Shown piece by piece: positions 38,701-47,807 of a stretch of DNA of 64,000 nt. The position numbers and the translations under genes were made by a program. This DNA is from Candidatus Eiseniibacteriota bacterium. GTDB taxonomy: Bacteria > Eisenbacteria > RBG-16-71-46 > CAIMUX01 > VGJL01. The DNA lies in NCBI GenBank assembly GCA_041946735.1, contig JBHGAY010000026.1, positions 1-64,000 on the forward strand. Direction: 5' to 3'. The stretch's first letter is position 1. Each line of letters begins with the position of its first letter. The notes under the pieces are model-generated. The model was not told where the DNA came from. It searched no databases and was given only the letters and a program-made list of their open reading frames with translations.

Positions 38701-39913
38701 ATCCATCCTCGTGCCGCTCGTGGAAGGCGCAGACGATCATGTCGTCGTAGCCGTCCGCGTTCACGTCGCCGGCCGTCGAGACGGTGAAGCCGAATCCGCA
38801 GGAATCGCTCTGACCGTCGGCCGACCAGTCGGGGCTCGCCGACGGCCCGGCCGGGGATCCGTAGTAGACGAAGAGGCGACCCTGGTTCGCCCCTTCGGGC
38901 CCGTCCCACCTTCCGAGGCCGAGGGCGAAGTCGCTGAATCCGTCGCCATTCACGTCGCCGAGCGTCGAGAGCCGTTCCCCGGCGAGCAGGTGGTACTGGT
39001 CACCGCGGTATTCCCAGGCGGGAACGTCGATCAGCGGGTCGATCTCGATGGGATAGCGCGCATCGCGATCGTCGACGAGGATGCGGACGCGGCTCTCCGC
39101 GAAGTCGATCTCAGCCGGGAGAGAACGCCCGCGCGCGTCGGTGGCCGCGAGGCTGCCGTAACGGAGCGCGGCGGGACCGCTCGCTTGGGATGGGGCGAGG
39201 GAAAAGGTCAACGTCCCACGATCCGCGGCACCTTGGAGAGCGGCACCTTGGAGCGCCGCGCCTTCGACCGCGGCACCTTCGAGCACGCCGCCGATCGTCC
39301 CTTCGATGCAGAGGCGGCCGCTTGGGCGGTCGGGGCCGTCAGGTGGCCGGTCGATCGAGAAGCCCTGCTCGAGCCCCGATTCGCGGTTCTCGTACCACTC
39401 CGTCCAGCCGGAGCGCGCGTACTCGACGCGCGCGAGCGTCGGCGAGGGCTCGCAGGGACCGACGAGCGCCATCGCATCCTCGCGGCCGAACGCGCTCGTC
39501 GTCCAGGTCCAGCGCCACGCGGGGGCGGCGCCCGCCTGCGCGACGGCGCGCGGGCCGATCTCGACCCGGTCCGAGTGGAACCAGGTGCGGAAGCCTTGCG
39601 CCCGGTTGGGCGCCTGCAGGCCGCCGGCCGCGAGTGACGGCCGATACTCCATCCGCTCTACGGCGGCCGACGCCTGCGCCCACCATCCCTGGGGCGCGGG
39701 CGCCGGCTGCGACGCGGAGGCCGGCTGCGCCGCGAACGCGGAGGCCGGCTGCGTCGCGGCTGGCGCGGGCGCTGAGGGCGGCGCGGCGCTCGGAACGAAC
39801 GCCAGGAACGCCGCCGCCGCAACGGCGGCAACGGTGGCCGCGACGGCGAGGCCGATGGCAGGCAAGTGGAAGCGGCAGCAGCGGGACGCGGGAATGCGGC
39901 GTAAGCGCGACAT
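35723..39913 (-). CDS. Large secreted FG-GAP (integrin-alpha-like) repeat protein with FlgD-Ig C-terminal domain
   Basis: 14 GDVNGDGxxD repeats; N-terminal hydrophobic segment; tail WDGKRSDGRRVPAGTYW; GGAGG RBS. Confidence 0.9.
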   Translation of the reverse strand: MSRLRRIPASRCCRFHLPAIGLAVAATVAAVAAAAFLAFVPSAAPPSAPAPAATQPASAFAAQPASASQPAPAPQGWWAQASAAVERMEYRPSLAAGGLQAPNRAQGFRTWFHSDRVEIGPRAVAQAGAAPAWRWTWTTSAFGREDAMALVGPCEPSPTLARVEYARSGWTEWYENRESGLEQGFSIDRPPDGPDRPSGRLCIEGTIGGVLEGAAVEGAALQGAALQGAADRGTLTFSLAPSQASGPAALRYGSLAATDARGRSLPAEIDFAESRVRILVDDRDARYPIEIDPLIDVPAWEYRGDQYHLLAGERLSTLGDVNGDGFSDFALGLGRWDGPEGANQGRLFVYYGSPAGPSASPDWSADGQSDSCGFGFTVSTAGDVNADGYDDMIVCAFHERHEDGSRGTVYVYHGSPSGPTGPAWSVRTFAPDTTFTFGYGLALAGDVNGDGYSDVAISDYLHDGTFHRGGAVWVYHGSASGLEDSPAWMTEAENEAAFYGVSLSTAGDIDADGYDDLLVGSTHYHETGRVYLYRGSASGLSPTPSWTQDGTSYSYYGESVALAGDVNGDGYADVLVADLNSAHLFPGGAAGLGEEIWSRVGENPTTYCGDGLGTAGDVNGDGLADFLVGEPETMTIDGIGKAELFYGNRLEISTEPDWVFVADQPESRMGELVVTAGDVNGDGFSDFLVGEPMYSTEYEYDGRAYLFLGSGEGPRSSPGWVIEPNQVSASFGASIASAGDVNGDGCEDILVGAPGYDLGQVDEGAAFLFLGHGVGPSVVPDWYAEGNQQGAALGSAVAGAGDVDADGYDDVLIGAPDYDYSGIEDSGGAFIWRGTNEGPPPSGNPANANWRGQAAQVDAHYGQSVAWAGDVNGDGYADILIGVPGYSHGEASEGAAVIYHGSASGPPASPDWVAEGGQAGASYGWSVSTAGDANGDMFSDVVVGAPYMDNGLPDEGIAHVFLGHEEGASHVPAWQFEGEEQGGHLGWSVAHAGDVNGDSYSDLLIGMPEFSFAGEHCGLAMCFHGSEVGYAGHIPDEADWKIIGVAGGDRAGYCVAPAGDVDGDGYSDVLVSAPHAAWEGVGDAGLVAWEPGSPDGIQCLAATIGGAQSGADFGESVASADVNGDGFSDVLVGAPMHDQGQADEGRGFVYYGNRSRGLLRSPDQWRQDDTTPVGLLAFTDHWSGFGLRAVGRTPAGRDDVRLEWQVVRFGTPFTGSGIVSGATYDTGIPDSEPSIGSSIEIRETVHGLVGPRGWCWRMRMASRNPYFPRTPWFHATGNGAAEMDLRTGESPAAVEPVAGGVGGGSRLSLSCSPNPFRSGATIAWVQQEAGEARVTVHDLQGRLVRLLLNDAAEPPGEHRIVWDGKRSDGRRVPAGTYWIRVAAGGEEAHARVVRVE

Positions 39914-40147
39914 GGTGTACCTCCCGGGCAAAGCGATGCCTCTCGACCCGGGAGACTCCGCGCTGGGGGAAAAGTCACAGGGAAGATGACCCAGCAGCCG
40001 GCCGTAGTCCGTGCCGCCGGTTGCCCACCATCCCCGCGGGCCGCTATCTTCCCGTGTAGCTTGTCCGTGGAGCTTTCGGGCCGCGGGCCCGCGCCTCGGT
40101 TGCCCTGCCGCCGACGCAGCTTAGGAGGAGGACCGGATCATCCCGTG

Positions 40148-41251
40148 ATGCGCGCGGATCTGCTGAAACGTTTCCTGCCCGGCCTCCTCCCGCTGGTCGT
40201 CTTCATCCTTGCCGACGAGATCTGGGGCACCCGAGTCAGCCTGCTCGTCGCGGTGGCGTTCGGGATCGGCCAGCTCGCGTTCCTCGGCCTGCGGGAGCGG
40301 CGGCTCGATCGCTTCACTCTTCTCGACACCGGGCTGATCGCGGTCCTCGGCGCGGTCAGCTATCTGCTCGACAACGATGTCTTCTTCAAGCTCAAGCCCG
40401 GCATGATCGGCATCATCCTCTGCGCCATCCTCGGGCTCTCGGCCTTCAGCCGCTGGGACATCATGGGAACGATGGCGCAGCGCTTCGCCCAAGGGATGCC
40501 CCTCCAGGGAAGCCAGGCCGCCCAGTTCCGCCGCCGCGTGCGCATCCTGTTCTTCCTCTTCGCCGCGCACACGGCGCTCGTCTTCTACGCGGCGTTCTTC
40601 CTGTCCAAGGAAGTCTGGGCGTTCCTCAGCACGGTCGTCTTCTACGCGATCTTCCTCGGATACTTCCTCTTCGAGTTCGGACGGGCGCGCCTGCGCGCCG
40701 CTCGGATGCGAACGAGCAAGGAGGAGTGGCTCCCCATCGTGGACGAGCAGGGGAAGGTGATCGGGAAGGCGCCGCGAAGCGTCTGCCATCGCGGTGACCG
40801 GCTCCTGCATCCGGTGGTCCATCTGCACGTCATCCGGAATGCCGGGAGATCGATCTTCCTGCAGAAGAGGCCGGCTTCGAAGCAGATCCAACCCGGGAAG
40901 TGGGACACGGCCGTCGGCGGGCACGTGAGCTTCGGCGAGAGCCTCGAGACGGCACTGGCGCGCGAGGCGCGCGAGGAGGCCGGGCTGACCGGCTTTCAGG
41001 CGAGGCTGATCTCGCGTTATGTCTGGGACTCGCAGGTCGAACGCGAGCTGGTCTACCTGTTCCTGACGGACACGCCCCAGGATCCGGTCGTCGACGCGAG
41101 CGAGGTGGACGAAGGCCGGTTCTGGGCCGTCGAAGAGGTCCAGGCCGCGCTGGGCAAGGGAATCCTCACGCCGAACTTCGAAGGGGAGTTCCGGGCCCTG
41201 ATGCAGCTCGGGCTCCTGGCTCCCGCCCCGGTCTCGTCCTCGCGAAGCTGA
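40148..41251 (+). CDS. YciB/IspA-like membrane domain fused to a Nudix hydrolase (IDI-like)
   Basis: About 6 TMs with NDVFFKLKP; LHPVVHLHV, LQKR, PGKWD and Nudix box GHVSFGESLETALAREAREEAG. Confidence 0.85.
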   Translation: MRADLLKRFLPGLLPLVVFILADEIWGTRVSLLVAVAFGIGQLAFLGLRERRLDRFTLLDTGLIAVLGAVSYLLDNDVFFKLKPGMIGIILCAILGLSAFSRWDIMGTMAQRFAQGMPLQGSQAAQFRRRVRILFFLFAAHTALVFYAAFFLSKEVWAFLSTVVFYAIFLGYFLFEFGRARLRAARMRTSKEEWLPIVDEQGKVIGKAPRSVCHRGDRLLHPVVHLHVIRNAGRSIFLQKRPASKQIQPGKWDTAVGGHVSFGESLETALAREAREEAGLTGFQARLISRYVWDSQVERELVYLFLTDTPQDPVVDASEVDEGRFWAVEEVQAALGKGILTPNFEGEFRALMQLGLLAPAPVSSSRS

Positions 41252-41269
41252 GCCGTTCGGACTGTCTCC

Positions 41270-44200
41270 TCACCGCAGCAGGAAGATGCGGGCTGAGCGG
41301 CCCTGCCGGCCGTCGGCTGCCACCTCCCGCGCGAAGTAGACGCCGGAGGGAAGGGTCCGCCCGCGCGCATCGCAGCCGTCCCAAAGGACGCGGTCGCTTC
41401 CCGCGCCGCTTCCGGCGACGCTTCCCGCAACGCTTCCGGCGATGCCTCCCGCGCCTGCGCGCAGTACGCGCACGATCGCCCCGGTCACGTCGCACACCCG
41501 GATCTCCCCCGCAGCCGCAGCGCTTCGATCGCCCCGCCCGAGGAGGATTGCCGTTTCGCCGCGCGACGGGTTGGGCACGATGCGCAACGGCCCCGCGAAG
41601 ACTTGCGATTCTCCTTCCGCCGTTGCCGGATCGACCTGGAGCGGGAAGCCCGCCACCTCATTGATCGGGCGACTGACGCCGCCGAGCGTGACGGCCTCCC
41701 CCCCGACCCAGTCGACCTCGGCCGGCGAGCCGCGCAGGGGCAAGCCGATCCGGAGCGATCCTCCGGATGCCGCACCGGATCTCGCGGACGTCGCGCCGCT
41801 CTCGCGCGCAAGATGTCCGCCGGTGCGGAAGGCGATCACGCGGATCGTCCCGTCGGGAAGGACGTTCGCCATCGCCTGCCAATCGGCGCCCCCGCCACCG
41901 CAGGTCGCGCCGATCGGTCCGGCGACGAGACCGCCCGGCGGTGCCGAGCGCAGAACGATGTCGATCGCCGCCGGGCCGCCTCCCTGCCAAGCGAGGTCGA
42001 TAGACATTCCCTCGGGCGACGCCGATGCGCTCTTCGCCCCAACCTCGCTCCCGGTCGCGTCGTTCCACGGCCGTTCCGCCAGCCCACCCGCCCACTTTCC
42101 GTTGAGAATGATGTTCACGGCGCCGACCACGTCGAGAATCGAGATCTGCGCGTCGTGGTTGACGTCAGCGTTCTGCAGTCCGGAGCCGCTCAGCAACGTG
42201 ATCTCGAGGATGTGGTTGACGATCGCCACCAGGTCGAGCACGTTGACCGAGCCGTCGACGTTCGCGTCACCGGGCGTTCCCCCTCCGCCTCCCCCTCCAC
42301 CGCCGATCGCGTCGAGCGATTGACGGGCGCGCATCTTGCCGGCTCCCCACGATTCGTTGGGGACCGCCCCCGTCGCGAAGTCGCTCGCCGCTCCCGCGCG
42401 CAGCGCCCGAGCGACGGCCGTGTGCCCCGCAGCCGGTGCGCCCTGTAGCAGGAGCGCGGACACGGCCGCCACGTGCGGACCGGCGGCGCTCGTGCCGCCG
42501 AAGGCCCAGTAGGTCCCGAGGGCGCCGCCGAAGACGTCCTTCGAGCGAGCGGAGTAGACGTCGTAGTTGCCGGGGGCGGCGATGTCCATCACCTCCGCGC
42601 CGTCGACCCTCGGGCCTCGTCCGCTGAACGTGCTCAGATCCCCGACACCGACCAGGTAGCCGCGCGTGCTGTAGGAGGCGACGGCGATCGCGCTGTCCGC
42701 CGTGGCCGGGATGTCGATGCAGCTCGCGTCGTCCATCCCCATCTCCCAGACGGCGCCGTAGGCCCAGGACGAGACATCGTCGAGGCTCCAGAATCCGACA
42801 TGGCGCGGAAGCGTCGCCTGATTCGTCGTCTTCACATGCCAGACGCCCGTCGGAAGCACCTCCCCTCCTTGCTGTCCCTTGTACAGCATCAGGAAAATAG
42901 CGGCCGTCCCTCTCGGCGACTGTCCCCGGACGTAGTACAACGTCCCCTCGGTCCCGAGCGGCAGGTAACCTTCTTGCTGGCCGGCGGGAACCGAAACCGC
43001 GGTGCCGCCCGGCGTTCGCACTTCGAGAGCCATCTCGCCGGCGTCCCCCGTCCAAACCACGCTGGCAAAGACGTACGTGATGTCCTGGTGATAGGGATCC
43101 TCGGCCGCGGTCGGAATCTTCAGGGGAAGATCGACGTTCGCGCCGGCCGCGAGATCCGCCGAGGCATGCTTGCCGCTCCCGCCATAGTTGCCCGCCGGGC
43201 AGACCTGGACGGTGCCGGACGCGGCTGACTGGTTCACCGCCTGCTCCCAGATCGAGGAGCCGTCCGCGTAGTCGAACGTGATAGAGCCGATCTCCCAGAG
43301 GAGGATCTTCGCGCCCTGGTTCTGGGCCCAGCCCATCACCTTGGTCAGTTGCGCCTCGCTGCCGATGTCGATCCCACTGAAGATGTTGGCCACGACGATG
43401 TCGGCGTCCGGCGCCAGGCCGACCAGCTTGCGCCCGCGCCCGGGAGTGTCCTGAACCAGGATGCCGCAGACGCCCGTCCCGTGTCCGTTCAGGTCCGGCT
43501 CGCAATCGATCAAGTTCGTGCCGCGCGCCCAGACCTGCTCGGTCTTCGGGTTGTAGACCGCCTTGACCTTCGAAGTCTTCAACATCACGAGCGACTCACC
43601 GGGATCCAGCCGGGTGTTCTGGTTCGCATCCACCGTGAGGAAGAACGGCTCGCCGAAGCAGGGGGAGGCATCCGTGAATCCCGCCGCCCGGCCGAACGTT
43701 CTCGATCCGTCGCCGTTGGCGTCGTTGTACAACCAGTCGCGATCGGTGTCGTAGACGCCGTTCTCGAACAGGGTCCCGACGTGCAGGGGATCGTCGTATA
43801 CGGCGCCGTCGAGGAAGCGGAGCGTTTCGCCCGCACCCACCGACCCGTTGCCGTCCAGGTCGACCCCGTCCGTGCCTGGGTCGAACTGACCATTCTGGTT
43901 CGCATCGACCCACGAGAAGGTGCCGCCGTCGTCCCGGAAGAATCCGGGATGGAAGACGTCGACTCCCGTGTCGAGGTCCGCGATCACGACCCCTTGTCCG
44001 CGGATCGGACGCTGACCGCCGTCCACCTCGGCCCACACCTGATCGGCCTGCACTTCGGGACAGGAGAGATCGAGCGGAGGGCGCATCGCCGGCCGCCACT
44101 GGGCATCCAGCTGCTCGATCGACGGGATCGCGGCCAGCCCGGCAAGTCGCTCCGGGACGATTCGGCCGGAGTAGATCGTCCCGACGCGCGCCAGCCCTCC

Positions 44201-44602
44201 GCCCGGAAGGAGGTCGAACTCCAGCCCGGCGGCGCGGCAGTCGGCCAGCTCGCGCTCGGCCGGATCCGCTGCGAAGCGCAACAGGACGCCGATCCGGCCG
44301 TCGGCTGGAACCGGGAGGGCGCCGGCCCGTTCCCCAGCCAGCAGCTTCGCGCGGGCCTCCGGACCAAGGCCGCGAAGGATTCGGAGAGCGGGATCGCCGA
44401 TCGCGCGAAGCCGGGCCTCGGCCGCAACCGCATCGTATTGCGGAGAGTCGCCCGCGCCGGCCGGCTCGGCCGCCCCGGCCGCGAACGCGAAGAGGAAGAC
44501 GCAGGCGCCGAGCGGAAACAGGAGATTCGCGCACCGAGACGACGCGTCCCGCGTGGGCAGCAAGCGCCGGAGGCGCAACGGCAGGCCGGAAAGGTCGTTC
44601 AT
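41270..44602 (-). CDS. Secreted S8 subtilase with insertions, dockerin and FlgD-Ig C-terminal domain
   Basis: LDTG, GHGT, PAGN, GGTSAAGPHVA; dockerin GDANVDGSVNVLDL...ADVNHDAQISILDV; tail WDGCDARGRTLPSGVYF. Confidence 0.9.
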   Translation of the reverse strand: MNDLSGLPLRLRRLLPTRDASSRCANLLFPLGACVFLFAFAAGAAEPAGAGDSPQYDAVAAEARLRAIGDPALRILRGLGPEARAKLLAGERAGALPVPADGRIGVLLRFAADPAERELADCRAAGLEFDLLPGGGLARVGTIYSGRIVPERLAGLAAIPSIEQLDAQWRPAMRPPLDLSCPEVQADQVWAEVDGGQRPIRGQGVVIADLDTGVDVFHPGFFRDDGGTFSWVDANQNGQFDPGTDGVDLDGNGSVGAGETLRFLDGAVYDDPLHVGTLFENGVYDTDRDWLYNDANGDGSRTFGRAAGFTDASPCFGEPFFLTVDANQNTRLDPGESLVMLKTSKVKAVYNPKTEQVWARGTNLIDCEPDLNGHGTGVCGILVQDTPGRGRKLVGLAPDADIVVANIFSGIDIGSEAQLTKVMGWAQNQGAKILLWEIGSITFDYADGSSIWEQAVNQSAASGTVQVCPAGNYGGSGKHASADLAAGANVDLPLKIPTAAEDPYHQDITYVFASVVWTGDAGEMALEVRTPGGTAVSVPAGQQEGYLPLGTEGTLYYVRGQSPRGTAAIFLMLYKGQQGGEVLPTGVWHVKTTNQATLPRHVGFWSLDDVSSWAYGAVWEMGMDDASCIDIPATADSAIAVASYSTRGYLVGVGDLSTFSGRGPRVDGAEVMDIAAPGNYDVYSARSKDVFGGALGTYWAFGGTSAAGPHVAAVSALLLQGAPAAGHTAVARALRAGAASDFATGAVPNESWGAGKMRARQSLDAIGGGGGGGGGTPGDANVDGSVNVLDLVAIVNHILEITLLSGSGLQNADVNHDAQISILDVVGAVNIILNGKWAGGLAERPWNDATGSEVGAKSASASPEGMSIDLAWQGGGPAAIDIVLRSAPPGGLVAGPIGATCGGGGADWQAMANVLPDGTIRVIAFRTGGHLARESGATSARSGAASGGSLRIGLPLRGSPAEVDWVGGEAVTLGGVSRPINEVAGFPLQVDPATAEGESQVFAGPLRIVPNPSRGETAILLGRGDRSAAAAGEIRVCDVTGAIVRVLRAGAGGIAGSVAGSVAGSGAGSDRVLWDGCDARGRTLPSGVYFAREVAADGRQGRSARIFLLR

Positions 44603-44692
44603 GGTCTCCTCGTGTTCGCCGAGACTTCGGCTCTCCATCGAAGGAAATATCCGCGCGGGTCCCAGAGGCGGGCGCGGCAAGACAAGCGGGGT

Positions 44693-44721
44693 AGTGTGCG
44701 GTTTCGTCGCGGACTTGTCAA
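44693..44721 (-). promoter_or_regulatory. Putative sigma70 promoter of the 41270-44602 peptidase
   Basis: TTGACA-17 nt-CACACT on the minus strand, in the intergenic gap. Confidence 0.5.
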
Positions 44722-44804
44722 TTGCAGGGCGCCTCCACGGCCGCCTCCCGGCTCTCGACCGGCTCACGCTCGCGCCCGGCCGGTCGTCGCTTCTTCCCCT
44801 TTGC

Positions 44805-47603
44805 TCACCGGAGCCGGACCAGCTTGCCGGTCATCCGGGTGGCGCTTCCGGCCGTGAGCTTGTAGAAGTACAGGCCGGGAGGCGCCGGACGCCCGGCGCG
44901 GTCGAGGCCGTCCCACCGGATGGCATGCTCTCCCGCCGGCAGCGTCCCCGTCTCGAGCACGCGGAGCAGCGCGCCGCGCGCATCGTATAGCTCGAGCTTC
45001 ACGTCCGAGGACGCAGCGAGAGCGAATCGGATGCGGCTCTCGCGCACCGCCGGGTTCGGCTCCACGACGAGATCGTTCGTGATCTCGACCGAGAACTCCG
45101 CCGGATCGATCGAGGCGGATTCCCCCTGGCCGGTGTCGATCGCGATATCGTCGATGTTCCAGCCGACGAGCTGCCCAGTGGCGTCGCTGCGGAAGAGGAG
45201 GCGGAACTGGAAGCTTCCCCCCGTCCACTCGTCGAGTGGAAAGATCGCGGGATTCCAAAACGTCTGCCTTCCGTTAAAGCCGGGGCCGTTGAGAACCGGA
45301 ATGTTCGTGTCGGGATACCCTCCGAGCGGTGGAACCGTGACCCACCCGTGGTGCGGAGCGTCCCAGACCTGCAAGGCCCCGCCGTCCTCCCCCGCAATCC
45401 AGAACCAGTGGAAGAAGCTGAGGGTGAGTTCCGTCGCTCCGGACAGGTCGTACACGGGAGAGGTCAGCGTCATCGTGGCATTGTTCGGATACGGGGCGTG
45501 CAGACTGGTCGACCAGCAGTTCAGACCGGAGTAGGGATCGGGATGGGGGTTGGCCGGGAAGGTGGGGGTGCCCAGCTCGAAGCCTCCCACGCCTGCGAAG
45601 CCGGCCGGACCGTCCTCGAACGTTTCGGCATCCACCAGCACGGGATTCCAGACGGTGACCTCGCCGCCGGCGACGTCGAAGGTGGTGGCGTCGGATCCCT
45701 TGCCGCTCACGTGCGTGGCGAGGGCGGTGTAGCCGCCGTTGGCGGGAATCTGTGGGATGGAATAGGAGCCGTCCTCCGCTGTCCTTACGGTGTCGAGCGG
45801 AGTCCCGGCGACGACGACGGCGACACCGGGGATCCCGGCGCCTCGCTCATCCCGGACGATGCCGGCGAGAGAGCCGTGCGGGCGGCGGAAGAGATCGAGC
45901 GTCACTTCCTGGTCGCCGCCCTGCTCCACCACGAAGGGGTAACTGGCTTCGTCGAAGAAGTAGTTGCCGAGAACGTGAAAGGTGAGCGCGCCGGTGGTGA
46001 GCTGCATGCGCACCTGTCCCTCCGGCCCGGTCAGCTGGCTTCGGCCCGTCTCTTCGATCTCGATCGCCATGTCCGGCACCGGTTCGTGGCTATCGCCGTC
46101 GCGGACGGTCACGAGCACGTCGCCGAAGCCCTGAAGCAGGCGTCCGCGCGCGGCGGCGAGGTTCGGGCGCTCGCCGATCTTCCGATCCCCGGCGTAGGGC
46201 GTTCCCGTCATGCTCAGGATCTCCTCGACGAGCCAGGGCGTGAGCGGGACGCCGAAGAGCGCCAGCGACTGCCCTTCGAGAGAGGCGACAACTCCGGCGA
46301 CCATCGGGGTCGCCGAGGATGTGCCTCCGAAGTTCGCCGTGTAGCGGACGTCCGGGTCTCCTCCCTGCAGATCGCCGTAGCCGGTCGTCACGACCGAGGA
46401 GCCCCACGCCTGGAGGCTCACCCGCTCGCCGTAGTTGCTGAAGCTTTCCGCTCCCAGGTTCGTCGGACGTCCGGCCCCGCACATCACGGCTCCGCTGTCG
46501 CGCACGTGACGATCGAACTTGCCGCCCAGCCCGGGATCGTCGAGGTTCGCGCCGCCGTTGCCGGCCGCCTCGAGGCAGTTCACCCCGAGCGCGGAGCCGG
46601 TCTGGATCGCGGCGAACCAGTCGGGCCACAACTCGACCGGCAGATTGCCGTCGGTCTGGAGCGACATGTTGTAGACGTCCCCGGGCGAAAGGACCGAAAT
46701 GGCTTCGAGGATGGCCGATGCGAGATCCTCGACCCAGATGCCGCCGATCTGCACGTCGGGCGCGACCCCGTTCACGCCGTAGCCGTTGTGCTGACCCATG
46801 ATCTCGCCGATCGTCGCCGTCCCGTGGTCGCTGGGCCCCTGATCGTGGGTGAGGTAGAACGGGTCCTTAAGATCCTCGTGCGTCCATTGCCAGCCGAACT
46901 CCAGACCCAAGACGCGGACGCCCTGCCCCTTGCCTCCGGGGAATGTCCAGGCGGAATCGGCGAACAGTCCGAGCGGCGAGTCGTAGAGATAACCCTGCAT
47001 CGGGGAGAAGTCGGGCGTGTCCCGGCGGGCCACCGCGCCGCTCACCGGTTCGGGGGGATCGACGACAGCGGGAACGAGGATCGGCACCGCCCAGGCCTCC
47101 GCGACTCCCGGGGCTCCATTCAGCTCCTCCAGCAAGGCGCGCAGGCGCTCCTTCGCAGCCGCCTCGTCTCTCTCGCGCGGAAGGGTGAGGAGGGCGAAGA
47201 GGTTCAGATCGGGGAGGCGTTGGCGGGTGCGCTCTTCGCCGAGCCGGCGCATCCGGTCCAGCTCCGTTTCGCTCGAGCGGAATCGGGGATCGAGCCGCGC
47301 GCCGGGCACCGACGCAACGATGCTCTCGACGACGCCGAGGTCGGCGCCGGAGAGCGACACGAGCCGGCCGTCGCGCACGCGCGCCTGCGTCCCCGGCTCG
47401 AAGCGGACGGCGATCCGATCACGATCGACGTGATCGAGAAGCTGCCGGTAGTCGCCGATCGCCGCCGCACCTGGCGTCGGGGTGACCGCTCGCGGGGGCG
47501 GCGCCGCAGCCGCCATCGTTCCGGCGAGCGATGCGCCCGGCGCCATGATGAGGAGCAAACCGCTGAAGATCGGCAGGACGGACAGGAGACGCTCCCAACG
47601 CAT
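44805..47603 (-). CDS. Secreted S8 subtilase with carboxypeptidase-regulatory-like, jelly-roll and FlgD-Ig domains
   Basis: Signal peptide; GLEFGWQWTHEDL, DHGT, AAGNG, GGTSSATP; tail WDGLDRAGRPAPPGLYF. Confidence 0.88.
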   Translation of the reverse strand: MRWERLLSVLPIFSGLLLIMAPGASLAGTMAAAAPPPRAVTPTPGAAAIGDYRQLLDHVDRDRIAVRFEPGTQARVRDGRLVSLSGADLGVVESIVASVPGARLDPRFRSSETELDRMRRLGEERTRQRLPDLNLFALLTLPRERDEAAAKERLRALLEELNGAPGVAEAWAVPILVPAVVDPPEPVSGAVARRDTPDFSPMQGYLYDSPLGLFADSAWTFPGGKGQGVRVLGLEFGWQWTHEDLKDPFYLTHDQGPSDHGTATIGEIMGQHNGYGVNGVAPDVQIGGIWVEDLASAILEAISVLSPGDVYNMSLQTDGNLPVELWPDWFAAIQTGSALGVNCLEAAGNGGANLDDPGLGGKFDRHVRDSGAVMCGAGRPTNLGAESFSNYGERVSLQAWGSSVVTTGYGDLQGGDPDVRYTANFGGTSSATPMVAGVVASLEGQSLALFGVPLTPWLVEEILSMTGTPYAGDRKIGERPNLAAARGRLLQGFGDVLVTVRDGDSHEPVPDMAIEIEETGRSQLTGPEGQVRMQLTTGALTFHVLGNYFFDEASYPFVVEQGGDQEVTLDLFRRPHGSLAGIVRDERGAGIPGVAVVVAGTPLDTVRTAEDGSYSIPQIPANGGYTALATHVSGKGSDATTFDVAGGEVTVWNPVLVDAETFEDGPAGFAGVGGFELGTPTFPANPHPDPYSGLNCWSTSLHAPYPNNATMTLTSPVYDLSGATELTLSFFHWFWIAGEDGGALQVWDAPHHGWVTVPPLGGYPDTNIPVLNGPGFNGRQTFWNPAIFPLDEWTGGSFQFRLLFRSDATGQLVGWNIDDIAIDTGQGESASIDPAEFSVEITNDLVVEPNPAVRESRIRFALAASSDVKLELYDARGALLRVLETGTLPAGEHAIRWDGLDRAGRPAPPGLYFYKLTAGSATRMTGKLVRLR

Positions 47604-47807
47604 GCCGCACTCCCTTCCTTTCGCGCTCTGTAGATGGTCGTCGATGATCGCGCGGAACATGGTAGCAGGTTCGGCCGGCCCTGTCTTCGCCGGCGCCACG
47701 ACACGGGGCACGGCGACACTCCGGCGCGGCCCGCGCCCCCCCCGCGGCGGCGGATGAGAATTTGCTTTGTGCCGGGGCGCGATCGCGTCCACAATCTTGC
47801 GCGACGT

